Origin: Nitrosopumilus sp.
GTDB taxonomy: Archaea > Thermoproteota > Nitrososphaeria > Nitrososphaerales > Nitrosopumilaceae
NCBI GenBank assembly: GCA_965205425.1
Contig: CBDBGZ010000008.1
Location: forward strand, 96,001 to 160,000
Direction: 5' to 3'
DNA: 64,000 nucleotides
Each line of letters starts with the position of its first letter. Within the stretch, counting starts at the first letter, position 1. Positions 1 to 9,877 of the stretch are shown here, piece after piece. Below the pieces are notes generated by a model. It was not told the DNA's origin and ran no database searches. It saw only the letters and a list, made by a program, of their open reading frames with translations. Position numbers and translations under genes: made by a program.

Positions 1-856
1 ACTGTAGCAATTGACAAACATCTAATCCCAAGATATGACAAATTGCCAAACCATTCTTTAATAAAATCAAAATCTAAAAACAGTACTACTCATTTTGAGA
101 GTTACTGCACCATGCAGTGCGTTGAAAAAAGAATCAGGGCTCAATTAGGTTGTTATCCTTTGTATGACAACATATCAAATGCCGATTTTGTGCGTAAATT
201 ACTCTCTGATGGCATCAATAATGGAATCAAGATTAAACTATTGCTAGTGGATAGGGAGTTTTTCACAGCTGGAACAATTTCAGAAATAAAACAAAAGAAT
301 CTGAAATTTCTAATGCCTGCAAAAAAGAATTCTCGAATCAAAGATGCAATTGTACAATACGTTAATGGAGATAGAAAGTCAATCTCGCCATACACAATAA
401 AATCATCATCAGGACATGTAGAATCATTTACTCTAGTTATTCTACCAAACAAAAATGCAAGAAAAAAATCAGATATTATTGATCAGTATGTTGTGTTTGC
501 AACAAATATTTCACCAAAAGAAATATCATATAACATACAAAACATTCCAACTGATTACAAGAAACGTTGGGGGATTGAAACAGGCTATGCATGTGTGGGA
601 CGATTCAGACCAAAAACCACCAGTTCAAACCAATCCATAAGATTGTTGTATTTTTACTATTCATTGATTTTGTACAATGCATGGATAATTGCTAATTTGA
701 TTATCTCAGAAGAAACTAATGTACAAAATCACAAACCAATAATATCAATTGAAATTCTCAAATATTTCTTTGTAAAGATAATTATTCATTATTTTAGAAA
801 TAACAAAAATAATTATTTTCTAGAATGTGTAACTTGAGTTACTTTCCCATCTACTG
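1..856 (+). mobile_element. ISH3-family IS, copy 1 (left part outside window); transposase 3' part 1..837
   Basis: Motifs VAIDKH, LLVDREF, YKKRWGIETGY; right TIR GAGTTACTTTCCCATCTACTG ends at 856; near-identical to copies at 35669, 52562 and 59445. Confidence 0.9.
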
Positions 857-988
857 GTCATGGTATCAAATGAAGTACAATGCATATTTGATGGAGTGAC
901 ATACTTCCATCAAGCTTTTTCTATCTGAATAGATTGATTGAATAATTGATAGTTTTTGATCTAAATTGAGTTACTTTCCCATCTACTG
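857..988 (-). mobile_element. Left-end fragment of a second, oppositely oriented ISH3 copy
   Basis: Matches 36857-36988 almost exactly and ends in the TIR at 988. Confidence 0.9.
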
Positions 989-1348
989 GATGTAGAACGT
1001 GGTGAAGCATTAACAATTTATGGTATTAACAATAATGGTGATGGGTCATTATTGTTCAAAAATGCCACAATAATTGATAGGGTTTTCCAACATACCAATA
1101 TGGGATTATCCATATACCCTAGTGAACGTGGAGACAGTGGAGCTCCAATCATTTACCATCATAATGGCATGTCTGAATTGGTAGGTGTTCATGAGGGTGC
1201 AGTTTGTATATTTGAAGCGTTATCTGAGAACCAATCCCGAGTAGATGTATCTGACGTTACAAGTCTGTGTGGCGATACCCCTCAACAGCATTACTACAAG
1301 GCATTCAGCGCATGGGAAAATGTCAAAACAACTTTTGGTCTGCAATGA
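989..1348 (+). pseudogene. C-terminal fragment of a trypsin-like (S1) serine protease, cut by ISH3
   Basis: Frame open from the IS end (DVERGEAL...); GDSGAP nucleophile motif followed by LVGVH. Confidence 0.65.
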
Positions 1349-1361
1349 TTAAATTCACATC

Positions 1362-2403
1362 TATCTTTTCCGGAAATTATTTCACCCCTTAACTAGGAGA
1401 GCATCATTCCCATACTATCGTATGCGTGGGTATCGTGGCATACCTATGGTAAAGTTAGATGAGAATAAGATCAGGTGGATTATACAATCTAAAAATGAAA
1501 AAGTCAAGAATTTAGATATTTCAGTAATCCTCAAGATAACGCCTAGAAGAGTACAACAAGTCTACTCTCAGTACAAAAAAACCAAAAAGATTCCCACACT
1601 CAAAAGACCAGGGCGTCCAAAAAAGCCAGTCACTGTACACGAGATAGAGCTAGTCAAACAAGTTCAAGAAAAATTTCATACAAACGCACTATACCTTGAG
1701 AAAATCATATCAAAATTGTACAATACCAAGATAAACCACAATCGCATCCACAAGATTATGCTAGATGAAGGATTATCAGTTGAGCAACCACGGAAAAAGA
1801 TGAGAAGAAAGTGGATCAGGTATGAACGTGAATATTCAAATTCACTGTGGCATACTGACTGGCACACAATACATGATTCACGCTGGGCAGGAAAACAACT
1901 AATTGCATTTGAAGATGATGCCTCACGATTTATCACGGGTTTCGGAGTGTATGATGAGGCAACATCTGTGAATTCTTCTGCAGTACTATCTGATGCAATA
2001 AAGAATCACGGTAGACCAGCATCCGTACTATCTGATAATGGAAAACAGTTCACATCAAATGTCAATACTCTTGATCATAACAAGCCAGTAGACTTTGAGC
2101 AGCAACTAATGAGACATCACGTAAAGCACTCTCGTACAAGAGTGAGACATCCACAAACAAATGGTAAGCTAGAAAAGTTCTGGGATATCTTTGAGTGTAA
2201 AATAGAATACTTTGAGTCAGTGGAGCAGTTTATGCATTGGTACAATCACATTAGAGTTCATGGCGCACTAGACTTGGATAACATGGAGACACCATCTGAT
2301 GCGTATCACTCCAAGATGATAACAAACGAAATACTCATAGACCCAAGCATTCTATGGAGGAATTACTCATGAAAGTGACACGAAATAATTTCTGGAAAGA
2401 ACA
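1362..2403 (+). mobile_element. IS481-family IS; transposase 1422..2372
   Basis: HTH plus rve core (WHTDW, SDNG, HPQTNGKLE); imperfect 23-bp TIRs 1362-1384 and 2381-2403; no TSD seen. Confidence 0.85.
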
Positions 2404-2454
2404 AAATCAATTTAGAGGGGAAAGAAATAATAGATTTAAAAATTATCCAAATTC

Positions 2455-2817
2455 ATGGGAAACAAGAAGGGTGGATATATTGATAAATTTCTAAAAAAAG
2501 CAGACAAGGCTATTCAAGAAGGAGTAAAAAAAGCAGATGAAGCACTAGATGAAGCAGTAGAAATTGGTTCAATGACTGCAAAACAAGCTGCAAAAACAAG
2601 TAAAGAATTACGTAATCAAGCTAAAAAAGAAAAAGAAGAATTAAAGAAGAAAGGTTTGAAGAAAATCAGTGAGGGGATATCAACTGCAAAAAATGTTACA
2701 TCAAATGCTCAGGATGATTTAGAGACATTAAAAAAACTAGGTAAATTAAGAAAAGCTGAAGTGATTACTGAAAAAGAATTTCAAGCAAAAAAGAAAAAAA
2801 TCTTGGATAGAATATAA
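2455..2817 (+). CDS. Coiled-coil protein with C-terminal SHOCT domain
   Basis: LKKLGKLRKAEVITEKEFQAKKKKIL SHOCT motif. Confidence 0.8.
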   Translation: MGNKKGGYIDKFLKKADKAIQEGVKKADEALDEAVEIGSMTAKQAAKTSKELRNQAKKEKEELKKKGLKKISEGISTAKNVTSNAQDDLETLKKLGKLRKAEVITEKEFQAKKKKILDRI

Positions 2818-2818
2818 A

Positions 2819-3274
2819 ATGAAAAAATCCAACATTTCAGGTACAGGAGATAAAAGAAATGTAAATTCAGATTGGTTTACTGGTAAAACATGGATGAAAG
2901 TTCTTTCAGAAAAAATTAAAGCTAAAGATCAAGATATATATCATGTTCATTTTGAAAAAGGATCAAGAACAAAACTACATCAACATAATGGAAATCAAGT
3001 ATTGATTGGAGTAAAAGGAAAAGGCAGTTTAGAAATTTTTAGAAAATATGGTACAAGTAAAAACAACTTTAAAATTAAAAAAATTGAAAAAATCATCCTC
3101 AATGAAGGAGACATTGTACACATTCCATCAAAAACACTTCATACCCACGGTTCAATAGATAAGAAAAAAGAATTCTCACATATTGCAATTAATATCCTAC
3201 CAAAAAAAAATGTAACATACAAAACAGAATGGTATGAATCTGATTTTAAAACAAAAGTTTCAAACACCATTTAG
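2819..3274 (+). CDS. Cupin-domain protein
   Basis: HQH...Q and PSKTLHTH cupin motifs. Confidence 0.85.
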   Translation: MKKSNISGTGDKRNVNSDWFTGKTWMKVLSEKIKAKDQDIYHVHFEKGSRTKLHQHNGNQVLIGVKGKGSLEIFRKYGTSKNNFKIKKIEKIILNEGDIVHIPSKTLHTHGSIDKKKEFSHIAINILPKKNVTYKTEWYESDFKTKVSNTI

Positions 3275-3276
3275 AG

Positions 3277-3639
3277 ATGTCATTACGAAAAAATTCAGAA
3301 ATAGATTCAATTCAAGGAAATGAGGGGACTCAGATAAAGCAGTATTTTCACCCACACAATACCCTTAATGGAATCAACTATAGTTTAGCACAGTTTACAC
3401 TAGAGCCTGGAAAAAAATCAAAACTTCATCAAATGAGATCATCTGAAATATACTATATTTTAGAAGGCACAGGCAAGCTAATGATCAACGAAGAAACACA
3501 TTTGCTAGAAAAGAATGATTCAGCATACGTTCCACCAAATTCAAAACAGTGTATTGAAAATTCAGGGAATGTTGATTTAAAATTTTTGTGTATTGTTGAA
3601 CCTGCTTGGAAACCAGATGATGAAATCCTACTAGAATAA
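3277..3639 (+). CDS. Cupin-domain protein
   Basis: LHQ...EIYYILEG motif. Confidence 0.85.
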   Translation: MSLRKNSEIDSIQGNEGTQIKQYFHPHNTLNGINYSLAQFTLEPGKKSKLHQMRSSEIYYILEGTGKLMINEETHLLEKNDSAYVPPNSKQCIENSGNVDLKFLCIVEPAWKPDDEILLE

Positions 3640-3692
3640 TCATATAAACCCAGAATTAGATGCAATTATTTTTAACATATGACAAATCTCTA

Positions 3693-4376
3693 ATGCTAGT
3701 GAATACGTACCAAGCACTGCAAGTACTCAACGTTGATTCAAGTTCATCACAAGATGAAATAAAAGGAGCATATAGAAAGATGGCACTAGAATTACATCCA
3801 GATAAAAATCAAGGTAAGAAAGAAGATGAAGAATTTAAGAAAATTACTGAAGCATATAATCATCTAAAGAAAAATCATAATCAACACCAATCACCTTACC
3901 AAGATATAACCAAAACACAAAGAAAGCCTGAAAATAATTTTAAAAGAAAACCACAATGGGGTGCACCAGAGGATGGAAACATACCAGAACAAGATTGGGG
4001 AAAATATACACATGAATTTGAAGAAGGGGACCCAAATTTTTGGAAAGAATATGAAAAAAAATTTTGGGAGGATTACAATGCAAGAGTACGTTCAGATGGA
4101 CGTAATGGGGAATATGAAAAAGCACAAGAGCCCAAAAAACAACCAGATCTGTTTGTAAACGTTGATGAAAGTTTGTGCATAGGATGCTGTAGTTGTGAAA
4201 CTATTGCTCCAGGAGTTTTTGAAATAAACAAATCTAGTAAATCAAATCCCAAATCATCAGTAATTAATCAAAAAGGCGCAGGAGTTAACAAAATAATGAA
4301 CGCAGCTGAAACATGCCCAACAAAAGCAATCAGAGTTGAGAATACAGATACTAAAGAAAGGTTATTTCCGTACTAG
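3693..4376 (+). CDS. DnaJ-ferredoxin fusion protein
   Basis: J-domain HPD motif plus CIGCCSC...CP Fe-S motif; start uncertain (3660/3693). Confidence 0.9.
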   Translation: MLVNTYQALQVLNVDSSSSQDEIKGAYRKMALELHPDKNQGKKEDEEFKKITEAYNHLKKNHNQHQSPYQDITKTQRKPENNFKRKPQWGAPEDGNIPEQDWGKYTHEFEEGDPNFWKEYEKKFWEDYNARVRSDGRNGEYEKAQEPKKQPDLFVNVDESLCIGCCSCETIAPGVFEINKSSKSNPKSSVINQKGAGVNKIMNAAETCPTKAIRVENTDTKERLFPY

Positions 4377-4780
4377 ATTTTTAATTTATTATAAAGTTCA
4401 TCCATTTCAGATTTAGACAAGTTTACAGATGAATTAAACATGCTGTGAATTGCTCCAGCAGAATCATCTTTACTTCTTGGAACTAAATGCACGTGAACAT
4501 GTGGGATTTCCTGACCTGCATCTTTACCATTATGAATTGCAACTAAAGTTGAGCCTGTAATTTTATCAACATTTGACACCATTTGATGTACTAATGAAAA
4601 GAGGTCAGTGTTTTCTTCATTACTCATATCCTGAATTTTTTGATGATGATTTTTTGGGATTACGAGAACATGGCCGGTTGCAAGGGGAAAAGCATCAAGA
4701 AAAGAAACAGATGATGACGTTTCTTTTAAAAATTTAGATTTTATTTCACCAGATATAATTTTACAAAAAATACAATCCAT
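4373..4780 (-). CDS. HIT-family hydrolase
   Basis: CIFC and HVHVH triad. Confidence 0.95.
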   Translation of the reverse strand: MDCIFCKIISGEIKSKFLKETSSSVSFLDAFPLATGHVLVIPKNHHQKIQDMSNEENTDLFSLVHQMVSNVDKITGSTLVAIHNGKDAGQEIPHVHVHLVPRSKDDSAGAIHSMFNSSVNLSKSEMDELYNKLKI

Positions 4781-4817
4781 GAAAAGTATTAAATGATTTT
4801 AAATATTAAATCATCTA

Positions 4818-5096
4818 TTATGGTTCAACAATTGTAGCCCATGCAAGGCCTTTGCCAAATTTGATCATAGTCACATCGCCAGAATTCAACGTACAATCCT
4901 CAATTGTTTTAGGAATAGTATCTGTAGTTTCAACATAACAAACCCCTTTATCATTTGTCAAAATAGTTACCTCTTCATAGACATCTTCGCGAATTAAATT
5001 CCAGAAGGGAAAAACCATTGTGGACAAAACAATTCCAGCGGTAAGAAAAGCGCCTACAAAAATGAGACTAGTTTTTTGGCTAGAACTAAGTTCCAA
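4818..5096 (-). CDS. Small membrane-anchored hypothetical protein
   Basis: N-terminal TM helix; directly follows the 5097..5264 gene. Confidence 0.7.
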   Translation of the reverse strand: MELSSSQKTSLIFVGAFLTAGIVLSTMVFPFWNLIREDVYEEVTILTNDKGVCYVETTDTIPKTIEDCTLNSGDVTMIKFGKGLAWATIVEP

Positions 5097-5264
5097 TTAC
5101 CAAGTACCGCCATCACCTGCATTAGGATCCATTTTTTTAGCAGGTACATTTCCATGCGCTTTTTTCATATGTCTTTTCAATCGTTCTGGATCATGCAACT
5201 CTGTACCACAAACATCACATTTGGTTTTGTTTTCATCATCTTTCTTACGTTTGAATAAACCCAT
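5097..5264 (-). CDS. C2H2 zinc-finger microprotein (55 aa, not in ORF track)
   Basis: MGLFKRKKDDENKTKCDVCGTELHDPERLKRHMKKAHG... Confidence 0.8.
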   Translation of the reverse strand: MGLFKRKKDDENKTKCDVCGTELHDPERLKRHMKKAHGNVPAKKMDPNAGDGGTW

Positions 5265-5318
5265 TAATTCATAAAATTTTAAAATACATTATAAAGGATA
5301 CTCGATTTTTGTCATATT

Positions 5319-6458
5319 ATGACAGTAAAAAATATCACAGTTTTAGGTTCCGGAGTCATGGGGCATGGAATTGCTCAAGTTTCAGCAACAGCAGGATATA
5401 ATGTAGTTTTACGAGATATCAAACAAGAATTTCTAGACAAAGCTATGGAGAAAATAAAATGGAGTTTAGACAAACTAGTTTCCAAAGAAAAGATATCCAA
5501 AGAAGAAGGAGATGCAATTTTTTCAAGAATTACACCCATAGTAGACTTGAATGAGGCAGTAAAAAATGCAGAACTTGTAATTGAAGTAGTTCCAGAAATT
5601 ATGGATTTAAAAAAATCAGTTTACGCAGAGTTAGACAAAGCTGCTGCACCTGAAGTAATATTTGCATCAAATACTAGCACACTGCCAATTACAGAAATTG
5701 CAAACACGACATCACGCCCTGAAAAATTTATAGGAATTCATTTTTTCAACCCACCACAATTAATGAAATTAGTTGAAGTAATACCAGGTGAAAAAACTGC
5801 TCAAGAAATTATGGATTTGACACAAGATTACGTAAAATCAGTAAACAAACAATCGGTGTTATGTAGAAAAGATGTGCCAGGATTCATAATTAACAGATTA
5901 TTCATACCAATGGTTCATGAAGCTTGTTTTGTTCAAGATAGAACAGGTGCATCATTAGAAGAAATTGATTCAGCAGTGAAATTCAAACTAGGATTTCCAA
6001 TGGGGATTTTTGAATTAGCAGATTTTACTGGAATGGATGTTATTCATAAAGCAACAGTTGAAATGCACTTACGTGACAAAAAAGTAATCAATCCTCATCC
6101 ATTAGTTGGAAAAATGTTTGATGATAAAAAACTGGGACAAAAATCTGGAGAAGGGTATTACAAATATTCGGATGATAAATACGAACGAGTTACACTCTCA
6201 GAAGAATTGGCAGATAAATGTAATCCAATTCAGATTGTTGCAAATATTCTAAATAACGCAGCATGGCTCGTAACAAACGGGGCAAGTGATATTGAAGAGA
6301 TTGAAAAGGCAGCTCAGTTAGGATTAGGTCTCAAAAAACCATTGTTTGAAACAGCAAAAGAAATTGGAATTAAAAATATTGTAGATGAATTAAACAAACT
6401 AGCTGATGAGCATGGTGAATTTTACAGACCAGATCCCTTGTTAATCTCTATGCAGTGA
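5319..6458 (+). CDS. 3-hydroxyacyl-CoA (3-hydroxybutyryl-CoA) dehydrogenase, probably of the 3HP/4HB cycle
   Basis: GSGVMG Rossmann motif, ASNTSTL, HFFNPP. Confidence 0.92.
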   Translation: MTVKNITVLGSGVMGHGIAQVSATAGYNVVLRDIKQEFLDKAMEKIKWSLDKLVSKEKISKEEGDAIFSRITPIVDLNEAVKNAELVIEVVPEIMDLKKSVYAELDKAAAPEVIFASNTSTLPITEIANTTSRPEKFIGIHFFNPPQLMKLVEVIPGEKTAQEIMDLTQDYVKSVNKQSVLCRKDVPGFIINRLFIPMVHEACFVQDRTGASLEEIDSAVKFKLGFPMGIFELADFTGMDVIHKATVEMHLRDKKVINPHPLVGKMFDDKKLGQKSGEGYYKYSDDKYERVTLSEELADKCNPIQIVANILNNAAWLVTNGASDIEEIEKAAQLGLGLKKPLFETAKEIGIKNIVDELNKLADEHGEFYRPDPLLISMQ

Positions 6459-6957
6459 TTAATTCTAAAATTTTCTTTACTGCGTCTTGTGCAGTTTCAA
6501 CACCAATAATTTTGACATTTTTTCTATGATCAACATAATCATCAATGTACGGATCAACAGAACTGCCAAGATTTTTGATTGCAACCATTGGTTTTTTGTG
6601 CATGTATGATGCACAAACCTCAGATAAAGTTCCAGAACCCCCACCTACAATAATAACACCGTCGGCACTTAATGCATTAAGATAATCACGAGTCAGACCC
6701 ATTCCTGTTGGAATTACAATGTCACAGAATTCATTTGCTAAAGAAGCATCGTCTTGAGGAATAATACCCACAGTTAAACCATTTTTATCATGTGCACCAT
6801 GAGAAGCAGCTTCCATCACCCCACCTAACCCACCATTGATCAATACAGAATCAGATTTTGCAATTTCCGATCCAATATCATATGCAATTTTTTCATGTTT
6901 AGGAGTACACCCATTAGTATTGTTTCCAATTACCAAAATTTGACGTTTTTTTGCCAC
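6448..6957 (-). CDS. TIGR00725 / LOG-family protein
   Basis: GGLGGVMEA and GGGSGTLSE; likely start is GTG 6957 because the track start 7032 lies inside element 1. Confidence 0.85.
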   Translation of the reverse strand: MAKKRQILVIGNNTNGCTPKHEKIAYDIGSEIAKSDSVLINGGLGGVMEAASHGAHDKNGLTVGIIPQDDASLANEFCDIVIPTGMGLTRDYLNALSADGVIIVGGGSGTLSEVCASYMHKKPMVAIKNLGSSVDPYIDDYVDHRKNVKIIGVETAQDAVKKILELITA

Positions 6958-6989
6958 ATGAATTATTGAGAAAATGGTTTGAAATATCT

Positions 6990-7007
6990 TTCCAAGAGAA
7001 AAGGATA
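6990..7007 (+). repeat. attL core of element 1
   Basis: Identical to 14158-14175. Confidence 0.85.
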
Positions 7008-7241
7008 GACTGTGAAATACCTTTCCAGGCATTTTCAGACATATTTTTAGTATAATTTTGGTTTGTTTTAAGAATTATCATTTTTAGTAATGCGAAAAAG
7101 AATTCTTTTTTGACATCCAATACCTGTTGGGCATAACAAAACATTCAACGAAATACTTTTACTGTTTTAGGCATGAAAATGTACGTATCTATGTATGATT
7201 TGCTTATTTTAACACAAATAGGGGAAAAAATAAAATAATTT

Positions 7242-7406
7242 ATGAATTTGACTTGCCTTCATTGTGGCAAATCATTTGTTGGACAAGTAGAAAAATTCTG
7301 TTCTAAAAACTGTCAAAATGCCCACATTGCAGATATCAATAGAAGAACTGAAAAAGCAGTTAGAGAAGACTCAGGTCATACAGATAAAATGAGTCAGGAT
7401 GAGTAA
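7242..7406 (+). CDS. Zn-finger microprotein (54 aa)
   Basis: MNLTCLHCGKSFVGQVEKFCSKNC...; CxxC...FCSxxC. Confidence 0.7.
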   Translation: MNLTCLHCGKSFVGQVEKFCSKNCQNAHIADINRRTEKAVREDSGHTDKMSQDE

Positions 7407-7415
7407 AATAATTTT

Positions 7416-7565
7416 TTAAATCCAAGGTTCTCCTTCATCCCATGTTTCAATTGGATTTCCAGAAACAGATTTACTATTTTTTAGATTTGCAAAGAGACAT
7501 TGATTTGAACAATGAGTGATATCCAAATTGGGAATATGATTACCACATTCTTTACACTTGTTCAT
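7416..7565 (-). CDS. Zn-finger microprotein (49 aa)
   Basis: MNKCKECGNHIPNLDITHCSNQC... Confidence 0.7.
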   Translation of the reverse strand: MNKCKECGNHIPNLDITHCSNQCLFANLKNSKSVSGNPIETWDEGEPWI

Positions 7566-7662
7566 GCCATTTCAAAATAATCTTGTAATAATAATTAAAA
7601 ATTTCCACTTTATTCCTAGTGGTTTTTGATTTTTTTATGTTAATCTCAATATCAGCATATTT

Positions 7663-7908
7663 TCAGTGATACTCGTCTTGATCAGATACAATCAATGTCT
7701 GTAGGGATTGAATGTGTTTGATTCTTTGGATTTCTAATGAAACCGTTTGATTCAATGTCTTTACTTCATTAGACTCTATTTTGACCAACACATCAAACAT
7801 CCCAAAAACACCCTGAATTTCTTTGATAGAGTCAATGTGATTTAATTCGTCGATTACAGATAATTCTTGGCCAATAGTGCAATTAATCAGAACATACACA
7901 GTAGTCAT
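7663..7908 (-). CDS. Stand-alone Lrp/AsnC ligand-binding domain protein
   Basis: YVLINC...GVFGMFDVLVKI...QTLI pattern. Confidence 0.88.
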   Translation of the reverse strand: MTTVYVLINCTIGQELSVIDELNHIDSIKEIQGVFGMFDVLVKIESNEVKTLNQTVSLEIQRIKHIQSLQTLIVSDQDEYH

Positions 7909-8044
7909 AGTTTATCATCTATCCTTGCAAAGACCTTGAAGTGTTGATTTTATTCATGATCAATTGTTCCAAGTAGTTGATGTAATTCAGAAACAAATCA
8001 ATTGTTCCAGATGTTAAAACAATCAAGATGCAAGTGAAAAAGAA

Positions 8045-8149
8045 ATGTCTCAATCTAGATTATGTTTGGTTTGTAAAAACCCTATAGATAAAAATAGAGA
8101 ATTTTGTAGTGCTAAATGTGCAATAAAGTTTCTTGATTTTCAAGATTAA
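8045..8149 (+). CDS. Zn-finger microprotein (34 aa)
   Basis: MSQSRLCLVCKNPIDKNREFCSAKCAIKFLDFQD. Confidence 0.65.
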   Translation: MSQSRLCLVCKNPIDKNREFCSAKCAIKFLDFQD

Positions 8150-8250
8150 TTTTAGATAACTGTTTATGGTTTAATGAAAATTTAGTCGTCAAAAGTGACT
8201 TTATGTTTAAGACTCTAATAATTAAAAATAATTTCACAATATACAAAAAA

Positions 8251-8550
8251 TTAGAAGGGGATGAAATCATCCACAGTTGTAACAACTATCACGCCTTTAC
8301 TATCTCCACCAATAGATTTCTTTATTGCATCAGATGTGGATTGAACCTTATCTGAATCTACTACCGTAGCTATGATTTTTCGTGGAAGGTGTGAACTTGT
8401 AGCACTTGTTCCTCTACCAGAACGTGTTTGTTCTGTTTCTTTACCTGCACTCTTTACGTCGTATATTATGGCGTCAAGATTAAGCTCTCTTAGAGCTCCA
8501 ATTACTGCATCAGCCTTTTCATTTTTTACCAGTACTGCCAGTCTTTTCAT
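8251..8550 (-). CDS. Divergent PII-family signal protein
   Basis: MKR start, DVKSAGK...GRG T-loop, KGVIVVTTVDD. Confidence 0.8.
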   Translation of the reverse strand: MKRLAVLVKNEKADAVIGALRELNLDAIIYDVKSAGKETEQTRSGRGTSATSSHLPRKIIATVVDSDKVQSTSDAIKKSIGGDSKGVIVVTTVDDFIPF

Positions 8551-8939
8551 TCCACTTGTTTACTCTAAATCGTATTTAAGATTGTGAAAAATTGTAAATC
8601 AGGATAACTCAAGATTATTGTTTATGATATGATCGCCAACAATAAATCAAATGACGTGTTAATTCTAATGAGTAAAAGACCCTCATTATACTAAACATCT
8701 CAGTTTGGTTTCATTTTCAAGGTCTTTTACTTATTTTCTCTAATTTACGGATTCTTCAAGGTAGGTACCTTCAAAATTACTTTGATAGAACTTCAGGATT
8801 GCAGTTACATCTAGGAGTCCCAACACCTTTTAACAATCCTTTTTTGATAGGAGATAACTTTTGGACATAAACGATATTCTAGGATGTAATTTTCTGAATA
8901 GAACGAATCTTTTGTAAATAACAGATCACGTATTTTGTA

Positions 8940-9155
8940 TCATGCAATGAGTTTGACTTCATCTGTTCTTCGAACAATTTCAGGAACTATAGTTGGAATT
9001 TTCCCGTTATTCAAAACTTCAATCCCTACAATTTTACCATTTTCATCAATATCGATAAAATTATCTTTTCCATAGGAAATAGTTTTGACTGTTTTTTCAT
9101 TACTTATTCTAATGTAAAATGCATTTGCATCTCTATCATATTCTATTGAATCCAT
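8940..9155 (-). CDS. DUF2283-type antitoxin
   Basis: YDRDANAFYI...DIDENGKIVGIEVL. Confidence 0.85.
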   Translation of the reverse strand: MDSIEYDRDANAFYIRISNEKTVKTISYGKDNFIDIDENGKIVGIEVLNNGKIPTIVPEIVRRTDEVKLIA

Positions 9156-9429
9156 TAGCTATTAGTCCTGCTCTATCTTGCCACATCGAAGTTATAACCT
9201 TAATGTTCGTGCCCGTTTGTGCGTAAATAACAACTAAAAATGTTGAATCCAGATATGGTGGATTTCGAGGTAATCCAAAACATTCGAATTTTCCAGGTTC
9301 ATTTCCTTGAATAATTTGGGTAGGATTCATCAGCACAAGCCTAACTTGTGTTTTAGTTATTTCTCGATCTGCCAATCTACTATTTGCATGTCTAGTAAAA
9401 ATAATGTTAATTTTATCTTTTTTTGACAT
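9136..9429 (-). CDS. DUF4258 (RelE/BrnT-like) toxin
   Basis: FTRHANSRL.DREI...LVVIY...VIT; overlaps the DUF2283 gene. Confidence 0.8.
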   Translation of the reverse strand: MSKKDKINIIFTRHANSRLADREITKTQVRLVLMNPTQIIQGNEPGKFECFGLPRNPPYLDSTFLVVIYAQTGTNIKVITSMWQDRAGLIANGFNRI

Positions 9430-9430
9430 C

Positions 9431-9450
9431 TTGAATCATTTATGATTCAA
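9431..9450. promoter_or_regulatory. Palindromic operator upstream of the TA operon
   Basis: TTGAATCAT-TT-ATGATTCAA abutting the start codon. Confidence 0.55.
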
Positions 9451-9567
9451 TTAATGTAATTTAAGAATTAATTTATCATTTTAAAACAATTAATGAATCA
9501 CTTGAATATCTAATTCAAACAAATTTGGAATGGTTGGAAGAGTCAGTCATATGAGAATTTAATTCTG

Positions 9568-9861
9568 TCATATTTTTCCTTCTTTACGATTTGAAGAATA
9601 TTCTTTAACTTCAGTAGATATCCATTCAAATTCTGGATTGTTAGGACTTCCTTGAATCATCAACTTATCATTATTGTAATACGTGATAGTGATTTTACCA
9701 TCCAGAGTATCGATTTGTAAAGCTTGTCTTGTACCTGGTTGAGCATCTATGTCTTTCCAGTTAGTTCTTTCCTTGATTTTCCCCTTTAGATTGAGAAACT
9801 CACTTTCTTTAAATTCTTCAATTACAATATATGATTTCAAAATGATGTAGAACTTTATCAT
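9568..9861 (-). CDS. Small protein resembling the RnlA-N / RNase HIII N-terminal domain
   Basis: ITITYYNNDKLMIQG motif. Confidence 0.5.
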   Translation of the reverse strand: MIKFYIILKSYIVIEEFKESEFLNLKGKIKERTNWKDIDAQPGTRQALQIDTLDGKITITYYNNDKLMIQGSPNNPEFEWISTEVKEYSSNRKEGKI

Positions 9862-9877
9862 GAATAGTAATTAACAT

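Noticed and set aside
3693..4376. DnaJ-ferredoxin fusion as a novelty
   Set aside because: An already described thaumarchaeal family.
6958..7032. N-terminal extension of the TIGR00725 ORF
   Set aside because: It crosses attL into element 1; GTG at 6957 is the better start.
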